DNA from: Piromyces finnis finn
Taxonomy: Eukaryota; Fungi; Neocallimastigomycota
Assembly (NCBI GenBank): GCA_002104945.1
Contig: MCFH01000061.1
Span: 248,001 to 312,000, forward strand
DNA length: 64,000 bases
Direction of reading: 5' to 3'
Made by a program: the position numbers and the translations under genes. Shown in pieces: positions 53,831 through 64,000 of this stretch. Each line of letters starts with the position of its first letter. Within the stretch, counting starts at the first letter, position 1. The notes below the pieces were generated by a model. The model saw only the letters and a program-made list of their open reading frames with translations, ran no database searches and was not told where the DNA came from.

Positions 53831-55989
53831 AATAATTAATACTTAATGAGTATTACTACTAAATAATCTTATTATTATATATTTTAGCAATATACTATTT
53901 AAATAAAATAAAAGAAATTATTTTAACCATAATATATAATTTTAATTATTCATTTATATAAATCAATTAAGATTATTTTAATAAAACATTTTTTTTCTAA
54001 CCTAGTTATCTTTTAACCTTTTATTTAATTTAATATTTTAATACTAAATTATAAGTTTAGTAAAACTTTTACATTTAAAATCATATAAACTTAATATTAA
54101 ATTAAAATAGTAAATAATTAAAATAATATAAAATATAAATATTTAATTAAATTTTAAAAATATAAAATATAAATAACTTTTGTTTATAAACTAACTTAAA
54201 TATAATTAAATAGTATAAATAGAAATAGAAAATATTATTTTAAAAACTGTTACTAATTAGCCAGGAAAATTAGAATATTTTAAAATTATAATAAATTAAT
54301 ATATATATTTTTTATAATACATAGCGAGATGTATTATATATTTATTTTAAATAAATAAACTAATATTATAAAACAAGATGTTTTTAAAATTTTAAATTAT
54401 ATTCATTAATTATATAAAACTTGTAGAATGAGCAAGTAAAAATAAATCATTCAAATACACACAAATATACCACTTTCTAAGCCTATTTAGAATTAAGGTA
54501 TATTTGAACTTGTGTCATTTATAAATAATTAAATTTATAAATTATAAATTAATAAAATATGATAATATAATTTTCTTTAAATATCGATAGTAATAAGTTG
54601 TTAAAAATAATATTAATAATTATTTAAATGAATCTTATTTTACTAATTGGTTTGTTTAATATTAATTAATTGTTACACTCTATTTATCTCCGGATAATAA
54701 ATAGCTTTTCAATTATATTAAATAAACTATTATTAGTAAAATATTATTAAATTAATATTTTAATTAATTTAACTAATAATTCAAAATTATGAAATTTCAT
54801 GAAATGTCAAATTTCATGAATTGTGATTTTGACACTTGTAAACACAGATTAAAAAGAAACATAATAAATAATGATTATTTTTGAGAGAGATTATATATTA
54901 AATATTAAAATTATTATTATTTTACAATATTTTTTTTTAATTTTTTATTTATTTAATACATTATATTATTCAAATACCTTTTTATTGCATTGTACACCTA
55001 CTGTAAAAAAAAAAAAAAAAAAAAAAAGAAATAGAGAATCTAACAATTTTAAAACTATTTTTTTTAGTTATTATTATACTTCTCTTTCTTTCTATATATA
55101 TAAATTAATTTTTATTATCAATGAAAAAAAAAATAAATAGTAATAAATATTTTTTTAAAAAAAACAATAAATGTTGTTTTTATATATAGAGTCTTGTAAA
55201 GTTTATAAATATAATATTAAGCCTGATTTTCAAGTTCACATCTTTTCTTCATAAAAAAAAAACAAAAAAAACAAAAAAAAAAAAACAATTCAATTATATA
55301 TATATATATTTTATTATCCAAGGCAAAACAAATTAGTATTGTTAAAAGCTTTCGTATAAAAATCTTATTTTATCAAAGGTTATTAAGGAATATTTTTTTT
55401 TTATCTTTTTTTAAAGTATTATTAATAAATAATTATATAGTTATTTTAAGCGATTTTAAGCAATAAATAAATCACGTAGTAATTCGTTTTCGTTTTCACT
55501 TTATTATCTTTTTAAAATAAAAAAAAAAAAGTTGTAAAAAGAATAATTATACCCGATTTATTCTATAAACCCTATTATTACAAAATTTGACAAGATTAAT
55601 TTCATTTTTATATTTTTCACTTTTATAACAATAATTTTTATTTTTATTATATATAATTTTTTTTATCTTTCTTTTAACTATTATTTTGTACTTACAGGAA
55701 ACCAAGTTTTTTTTTTTTTTGCAAAACAACATGTTAAAAGAAATAAAGAAATTAAAGAATATTTTTTATTTCATTTTTTTTATTTTATTTTTTTTTATTT
55801 TTGCTTTTATTTTTATTTTGTTTTTACTTTTATTTCTTTTTATATTTTTCTATGATTATAATTATTTAATTTTGTATTTATTATGTATGTATTTTTTTTC
55901 TTTCTTTTTTTTTTTTTTGGTTTTAGTTTATTTTCTTTTAATTTTTTTATTTTTTTATTTTTTTTTTTTTTTTGAAAAAAAATCAGTAC

Positions 55990-56562
55990 TTAGAATAAAG
56001 CATAAAGTAAAGCGAATAAAGTAGTAGCTAAAATGCTATAGTTTAAAGTGGTAGCATCACTACTTTTTGGAGATGGTTGCTTGGAAGTACATTGTTCAGA
56101 TTTTAAGTAAGCCATAGAATAATAATCACTATCACCATGTGGGTTAGCATCCTTAATATCAAATACTTCATTGAAAGTTTTATTCTTGTAAGCATCAAGA
56201 CCTATAGTACCTAATTCTAATTCTAAGATTGTGTAGGAGGCGTCAGTACAAACCTTGGACTTGCATGATTCATTAATAACATAATTGTATCTTTCATCAT
56301 CTTTTACGGCATAAGTAATTGGACAGTATTTACCATCATCACCCTTTGTACATAATGCTGCAATATAATTACTTTGTATTTCACTTTCAAATTCAAATTT
56401 TTTTTTTCACTTTCAGATAGATTATCTTCACCAAGACATTCGTAAATCTTTGGTACACTTTCTTCAAGGAATTTTTGACATTTATTAGTATTCATTGTAT
56501 CACAAAATAAAGAAGCATCTTCTTCAATTCTAGGGATTTTTAATCCTGCACATTCTTTGTTT
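55990..56562 (-). pseudogene. 5'-truncated, frameshifted paralog of the Cys-rich GPI-type gene at 57753-58466
   Basis: Reads NKECAGLKIPRIEEDASLFCDTMNTNKCQKFLEE...HGDSDYYSMAYLKSEQCTSKQPSPKSSDATTLNYSILATTLFALLYALF*. One base is missing in the A10 run at 56398-56407. The signal-peptide part is absent, and AAT/ACT repeats lie at that position. Confidence 0.8.
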
Positions 56563-56598
56563 AATAATAATAATTATAATAATAATAATAAATGAATA

Positions 56599-56629
<31 letters not shown>

Positions 56630-57752
56630 AACATAATAACAATTAATAATAATAGTAGATGATATAATTATTATAACAATAATAATTGTTAAAGTGATAA
56701 TAAATAAAAGGTTATTTAAATACTTCATAATAAAACTTGTATCTAATAGTAATTAATTGCAAAAACACTTAAAATTTATAAAACAAAAATCATTCATTTT
56801 TTATTAATAATTAAGGTTTATTTATTAATTAATTTTTAATATTCCAACAATACCATAAAAAGTAATTATTACAAAATGACAGAAAAAACTTTGATCCTTT
56901 AAATAAGAATTTATCCAAATATGGACATAATTAATTAAACAATACAATTTTATTATATTTCATAGTTATTAGTTTATACATACAATAATCACGTGATATC
57001 CTTTTTATAAATTAAAAAATATAAGTCTACTAATATTAATAGTAAATTTATAATATATATTATTCATTTAAATAATAAATACTCCAGTGGATATATCCTA
57101 TATTATCAATGAAATTAATATAAAATTTTTAACACTTTTTATGGAAAAAGTTCACTCTCTTGGATCGTTTGAAAAAGTATGCGTTTTATTAATTTTTTTT
57201 TATAATAAAATGAATTCAAAGTAATTATTCTTATTATTCTTATTCTTATTATTTCCATTTGATTTAATATTATAATATTATTTCAAATGAAAAAAAGAGT
57301 AATTCCTTGATAGTTTTTTATTCTTTATCAATAATTTATAAAGTGTACTAAATTAAAAATGCCTATTATTATTTTTTGTGTTTAAAAATAAAATTTTTAT
57401 TTTAAATCTTTTTTTATTTTATTTTTATTAATGCGGGATTATTTCCGAAATATAAAAAAATATTTAAAAATAATTTTTTTTTTTTTGCAAAACAACATGT
57501 TAAAAGAAATAAAGAAATTAAAGAATATTTTTTATTTCATTTTTTTTATTTTATTTTTTTTTATTTTTGCTTTTATTTTTATTTTGTTTTTACTTTTATT
57601 TCTTTTTATATTTTTCTATGATTATAATTATTTAATTTTGTATTTATTATGTATGTATTTTTTTTCTTTCTTTTTTTTTTTTTTGGTTTTAGTTTATTTT
57701 CTTTTAATTTTTATATTTTTTTATTTTTTTTTTTTTGAAAAAAAATCAGTAC

Positions 57753-58466
57753 TTAGAATAAAGCATAAAGTAAAGCGAATAAAGTAGTAGCTAAAATGCT
57801 ATAGTTTAAAGTGGTAGCATCACTACTTTTTGGAGATGATTGCTTGGAAGTACATTGTTCAGATTTTAAGTAAGCCATAGCATAATAATCACTATCACCA
57901 TGTGGGTCAGCATCCTTAATATCAAATACTTCATTGAAAGTTGTATTCTTGTAATCATCAAGACCTAAAGTACCTAAACGAGTTTCTAAGATTGTGTAGG
58001 AGGCGTCAGTACAAGCCTTGGACTTGCATGATTCATTAATAACATAATTGTATTCTTCAGGACTATCTGAAAAAGAAGTAACAAATGGGCAGTATTTACC
58101 ATCATCATCCTTTGTACATAATGCTGCCATATAATTCCTTTTTAATTCATTTTCGTATTCAATTTTCTTTTTTTCAAATTCAGTTAGCTTATCTTCACCA
58201 AGGCATTCTAAAACCTTTGGTCCACTTTCTTCAAGGAATTTTTGACATTTATCACTATTTATTGCTTTACAAAATAAAGTAACATCTTCACCAATATCAG
58301 GGATTTTTAATTCTGAACATTCTTTATTTTCATCAAGAAAATTAAGTAAACATGTACTTTTATCTTCCATTGGATAAATAGTCATTCCTCTTTTAAATGG
58401 AACGGATGAAGCAGCAGCAGCAGAAGTAGCAGCAACTAAAGCTAATAATGAAGTACTGAATTTCAT
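57753..58466 (-). CDS. Secreted Cys-rich protein with probable GPI-anchor signal, 237 aa
   Basis: Signal peptide MKFSTSLLALVAATSAAAA, spaced cysteines, and a C-terminal S-rich spacer plus hydrophobic tail SSDATTLNYSILATTLFALLYALF. Intronless. Confidence 0.85.
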   Translation of the reverse strand: MKFSTSLLALVAATSAAAASSVPFKRGMTIYPMEDKSTCLLNFLDENKECSELKIPDIGEDVTLFCKAINSDKCQKFLEESGPKVLECLGEDKLTEFEKKKIEYENELKRNYMAALCTKDDDGKYCPFVTSFSDSPEEYNYVINESCKSKACTDASYTILETRLGTLGLDDYKNTTFNEVFDIKDADPHGDSDYYAMAYLKSEQCTSKQSSPKSSDATTLNYSILATTLFALLYALF

Positions 58467-59310
58467 TTTTTTATTTTTTTTGTTAAATTTTTGTTAACTT
58501 TTTTTTTTTTTTTTTGGCCTTATATAAACTTTTTTTTCTTATATTTGAATGTCTATCTAGAAAGTTTTTAATCTATTTTTAATTTAATATATTTTTAAGA
58601 GTAGCCAATAAAAAAGAGGTAACCATTAAAATCCTATCAATTAAGGTTTGTTTTTATAGATTTATTTAATTTAAAACTTAATTATTATAATGAACTTTAT
58701 TTATTATAAAAAGGTACTATTTCATTTAACCCTTAAAAGATCATATGATTTCAATAGAAATCAATTTTATTTTAGAATGTGGATTATTCTATTGTATACA
58801 TAACGCATTTTATTTATTACAATATGTAGAATTAAAAATCATTAGAAGAAGTCATAGTTCGTTTTATAAAGTCCTTTTTTTTTAAAAAAAAAGACCAAAG
58901 AAATTTAGTACAATTTTGGTTTTCCATAAAAATATACATTCATAACATATCACTTGAATAATGAACATAATAATAGAAATAAATAACATTTTAACCAATA
59001 ATAATATATTAAGGAGGTAATTTCTATTGTTATTGTTTTAATAAATAATATATACATAATATACAAATATTGTATTAATAATGTATACATAATGTATTCA
59101 TAATTTAATTCTTTTTCTAATAAAAATAATTATGTATATAATTTTAGCCACTAATTAAATATAAGAGTTATACTGCCTATTGCCTATTACTTACCTACTA
59201 CTGCCTACCTACTAATCATTGGTATGAATATTCTTATTATATAATTAAATATTATTCATGTCAATTATTAATTAATAAATGAATGAATTATAATTTTAAA
59301 AAGTCAGCAG

Positions 59311-59351
<41 letters not shown>

Positions 59352-60168
59352 ATTCAACAATTGTTTGTAAGGAAAAAAGTAAAGAATTAAAAAATACATA
59401 AAATAATAATAATAATAAGAAGAAATACATTTATAATGATAAACTATATTTTAGGTTTGTTATTCATTATTCATTTATATAAAAATCACTAAATATAATA
59501 ATAATAATAACAGTGGGTGTGGGGGTGATGTCAATATTAAAATAATTTCATGTTTTTTTTTTTTTTCTTAATATTTATCGTTTAAAATGATTTACTCTTT
59601 TCATAGACTTTGATTCTATTATCCTATGTCTATTTTAATTTTAATGTATGAATGTCAGGATTAATAGAATAAAATTTATAAAGTTTCTATTTTTTTTATA
59701 GTTTAAACTTTTTCAGTTAACCTTTTTTTTTTTTTTAAAAAAAAAATAATATTTGAATAGGGGCGTAGAATGAGTTTATTATTTTTAATTATATTACTTT
59801 GTTTTATTTATAATGTTAATATTTCTTTACATAAAACTTTGTATATATACTTCTTGTTTATTAAATATATTTATTTCTAAATGAATATATATGAAAAATT
59901 AAAGTTAAATATATATATATATATAAAATTGTTGAATACTAATTCATCTTTGATTTTAAATACTAATTAAATTAAGAAAATAAAAATAATAAAAAAAAAA
60001 AAAAAATGAAAAATGAAAAGTGTATTGTATTAAACATTTCAAATTGTTTGGTTACAAAGTTTTATGAATAAGGAATAAAAAAACTATCTATTTATATATA
60101 TATATATATATTAATAATGGTTTAGAATTGATTTTTATATAAAAATTATAATTTATATTTTATTTCAT

Positions 60169-60980
60169 TCATTGACTTTCTTCAACCTCTTTTGCAAATA
60201 TTCTCAAGACATTTTTGCCTTTCATCATTAGTTCTTGCTTTTTATTTTGATTTTTTAAATTTATATCAATGTATTTTCTAATTGCCTCATCATTTTGTGA
60301 TATAACATATCTAAAAATTAGTTCTACCGTTGATTTATTAATTGTACCATTCTCTATTATGATTTTTTCTTTGGTAATTTCACCAATATTATACAACAAT
60401 CTAAGTATGCATTCTGAAACTTTATCTTTATCAATTATGTCTTTATTTTCTGAATTAATTTCATATTTTAAAATATGCTTAAAAAACATTTTATAAATAA
60501 CATAAATACTTGGAGGTTCTGCTATGCCTTTTAAAATGATATTTTCTGGGTCATTCATTATGTTTTCACTAGAAATACTGGAGAGATCTTTTGAAAAAAT
60601 TAAAACATTTTTCGATCCTTTATTACTAATATCAGTTATAGAATTATATAAATCATTAGCTTTTTTTTTTCAATTTCTGATATTTCAGAGTTTTTCAAGT
60701 TATCATCCAGGTCGGAATCTCTTATTTTCTTTTCCTTTAATTTGAAATCAGTCATTACATCTTTTGCTATACCCTTCATCTTTTTTATAAATTTTTTTTT
60801 TATTATCAGTGACCACATTACCTATATTATAACGAAACGTAATTAATTTATCATTATTATCCTTAAAACTCTGAGAAAATTTAAATTTTTTTTCTTCATC
60901 GTCTATTTGTAATTCGTTGTATTTTCTTACTAAATTTATTAAATCTTCTTGTAAATGAAAAATTAAATTTTTAGATTTTC
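60169..60980 (-). pseudogene. Uncharacterised K/E/N-rich gene broken at A-homopolymers
   Basis: Three coding-like segments in different frames: RKSKNLIFHLQEDLINLVRKY..., KKMKGIAKDVMTDF...EIEKK and KANDLYNSITDI...MNDPENIILKG...EESQ*. The frames switch at the 10-nt runs at 60792-60801 and 60661-60670. Confidence 0.5.
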
Positions 60981-62283
60981 TATAAAATAAAATATTATTA
61001 AAAGTTATTAAAAGTCTTATTTATTTTTTTTTTAATAAAAATTAAATGATACCTTTTAAAATATATAAATCTCATTATTTTAACGTTGAATGATTACTTT
61101 TTTTTTTTTTGATACTAAAAAAACAACCTTTTTTTTTAAAGGGTGTCTTATTTAAATCATAATAATAGTATTTATAAAGAACTTTTATATATTATAAATA
61201 TATTGTAATATATGTTTTATACATTTTATCATTTGATAGTATATTTGTTTTAAAGTTTATATTAAATAATATATATTAAATATATATTGTGGCTTTTAAT
61301 ATATTTTGTAGAACAATGTAGTAAATTAATATAGAATAAGATTTTCGAACATTCTATTCCATTCTATTTCTTTTTGAAAAATAAAGGAAATGATGTGGGG
61401 ATTATCCCATAGAAATTACAAAATGGTCAAACTAGGCAAACTTCATTTTTATATAGTTATATTCAAAAGGTAATATGGATGGATCATGTTTTTTTGGTAG
61501 TTTTTAAAAGACAATTTAAAGTTAAAAACCAACGCTATTTAAATTCTCTATAATAAAAGGATTTTCATTTTCATTCCTATTGTATTGTATATAATTGGTA
61601 TTACAAGTTAATTATCATGCATTGACTAAAAGTATGAAAATGAATTTTTTTTTCCCTATTATTGAAAAATATTACAATTTAATGAGTAAATACTATATAA
61701 AATAAAACAAAAAATACCATTTTCAGAAAAGAAAAACACTAGAAAAGTTTATAAAAAGTCATTTTTAATACTTTTTATCATTTTCATTTTATTATAGAAA
61801 TACCAATATTAAATAAAAGAGTTTAAATAAACCTTTGATAGAGTCATAGATCTCTTCATTGATTAATAGATTCATAAAAGTTTTTACTAGAGTGATGTGA
61901 TAGATCCTTGGAATAATTCTCTTTTTTATTTTAGATAAACAATTTTTATTAAAAGTTTAAAAGAAAAAATAATTAGTTAACTAAATATGCTCCTTATGAA
62001 AAATAGAATTTAGCAACCTAAAAAACTAAACAATTCATAGATAGGATTTTTATATTATTTCTTCTTCTTCTTCTTCTTCTTTATTATAATCAATGACTTA
62101 TTGCTATATAATGGTTACATTATTTTTCTTCTTCTTCTTTATTATATGTGTTTTTTTTTTTTTTTTTTTTTTTAGTTATTATTGTTATTATAATCATAAA
62201 CTTTTATATTTCATTATTATTACCAATATGTAATTATATGTATTGGGTTTTCAATACTTAATCAAATACAAAAATATATATAT

Positions 62284-62315
<32 letters not shown>

Positions 62316-63154
62316 CAATAGACAGTAATATGTAGTATATATTTATATATTTATATATAATTTTTAATAATTTTTTTAAAAAAAAAATAATTTAAATTAT
62401 TCTTTAGTTATAAATGTAAATGTAGTCAATTTAAAAGGATTCAATCTCATTCATCACCCTTCCATAAGAATTATAAAAATTATCAATTATGCACATTCCA
62501 AAAACTTTTTTTTTTTTTTTTTTTTAAAATGTTTGTATGAAATATTTTAATTAATTAAAAAAAATAATTTATTTATATTGAACTTTTTTTTTTTTTTTTT
62601 TAATAAAAAAAGTAATATAATACTATAGAATAACAAGATAATAATAAAAAAAAAAACAACCAAATTTTAAAATTTATTTTAAAAAGAAATTATAAAAACA
62701 TTAAATAAAAATTAAAAAAAAAAAAAAAAGATTTATTAATATTTAGTTGATAAAAGTATTTTAATGGAAAGAAAAAAGGTATAATTTACCTATGTTTTTA
62801 ATTTTATTTTATATTGAAAAATTAAAATTAAAATGTATGAATGAATAGGTTATATTAAAAGATATATAATTTTTCCCCTAGTAGAAATCAAGAACATCAA
62901 AACTTTATTCATTTATTATTCTCAAGTAAAATTGTAGCTCTTTTTTAAATCATTTATATTCAAATTCAATTATTCAATTGATCTTTATTTTTTTTTTTTC
63001 CATTCTATAATCATTAGATATTAACATAATGATAAATGTTTAAAAACAGTTTAAACAATTGAAAGAAAAAAAAAGGTATAATTTTTATTTTATTTTGTTT
63101 TAATTTTCAAAATTTTTATTTTCTCCATTCTACATCAGTAAAAAAGAGTATGTA

Positions 63155-63192
<38 letters not shown>

Positions 63193-63645
63193 CTTTATTT
63201 ATTGATTACATAAATTATATTTATATTATTATTCTCAAGTTAACTTTTTTTTAATTAATATTTAAAATGAAAATTTCTAATAATTATAATAATAATAATA
63301 ACAATAATAATAATAATCCCATTTATTGTTATTAGTTATTAATTATTGATTATTATTAATTATTAAATATTATTAATTATTGATTATTATTAATAATTGA
63401 TTTTTTATTATTATTATTATTGTTATAATCAATACAGTTATGTATATGTTTTCAAATATAAATGAAATAACATATTACTCGTCATTTTTTAGAAAGATGT
63501 ATCAACTTGAAATTTCATTTTATATCAAACGAAAAATAATTTATGTTAATTACAAAAATTAAATTGAAATCTTTTGCGTTTGATATTATTCCTTAATTTT
63601 TATATATATATATATATTTTTCCTTTGATTTATTTTTATTTTCAT

Positions 63646-64000
63646 TTATGCTCCTTTTTCTTTTTTCCTTTTTCCTTTTTTTTCAGAACAAAATTGAAGT
63701 ACAACACCAAGAATGCATACAAAAACCATGTAAGCATATATTCCCAAATTATCTTTGAATAAGGCATCCCTATGACCATCAGGTTGACATGTTTCGTCAA
63801 GACATAATGAAGAAAGACATTCTTCATCACTTTTACAAGGCATATACATTTGTTTTTGACAATATACTTGACCAGCACTACAATCACAATAGTGAATATC
63901 ACTTTTGGCAACACAATTTTTTTTATAACATGCGCCGGAATAACAATCACTGTTTTGTGAACATTTTGGTGTTTTACATTTTCTTTTGTCAATACTTTCA
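63646..64000 (-). CDS. C-terminal part of a Cys-rich single-pass membrane protein (5' end outside window)
   Basis: The frame is open from the window edge: ESIDKRKCKTPKCSQNSDCYSGACYKKNC...CKSDEECLSSLCLDETC, then hydrophobic LGIYAYMVFVCILGVVLQFC and a basic tail KKGKRKKEKGA*. Confidence 0.8.
   Translation of the reverse strand, partial: ESIDKRKCKTPKCSQNSDCYSGACYKKNCVAKSDIHYCDCSAGQVYCQKQMYMPCKSDEECLSSLCLDETCQPDGHRDALFKDNLGIYAYMVFVCILGVVLQFCSEKKGKRKKEKGA

Noticed and set aside
55686-56024. Phe-rich + strand ORFs (also 57431-57787)
   Set aside because: T-rich 3' flanks of the minus-strand GPI genes; they recur only because the flank is duplicated.
53088-58730. TTAACCCT motifs resembling piggyBac ends (about 17840, 53092, 58718)
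   Set aside because: No matching inverted right end or transposase found; the motif is expected by chance in AT-rich DNA.

Overview
Extremely AT-rich eukaryotic DNA with spliceosomal GT-AG introns. The gene content (CotH kinases, CBM18 repeats, a fungal-dockerin esterase) points to an anaerobic gut fungus (Neocallimastigomycota; inferred from gene families, not searched). The window is a patchwork of duplicated secreted/surface genes: three CotH kinases, two intronless vWA proteins in opposite orientation, three LRR+4xCBM18 genes, a single-pass LRR receptor-like gene, an ABCA transporter, a dockerin-CE1 esterase, a GPI-type Cys-rich gene with a truncated twin, tRNA-Cys and large microsatellites. 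The main finding is largely invisible in the ORF track. Each CBM18 ORF is only the last exon of a gene in which every 23-aa LRR sits on its own 69-nt phase-2/phase-2 exon. Copies 1 and 3 carry 9 such exons and copy 2 carries 12. Copy 2 keeps near-identical 5' and 3' ends to copy 1 but has a remodelled LRR array (2 exons missing, 5 extra). This looks like an exon-shuffled variable LRR / constant chitin-anchor recognition system; its function is inferred, not shown. All exon models were read by hand and need RNA-seq confirmation.
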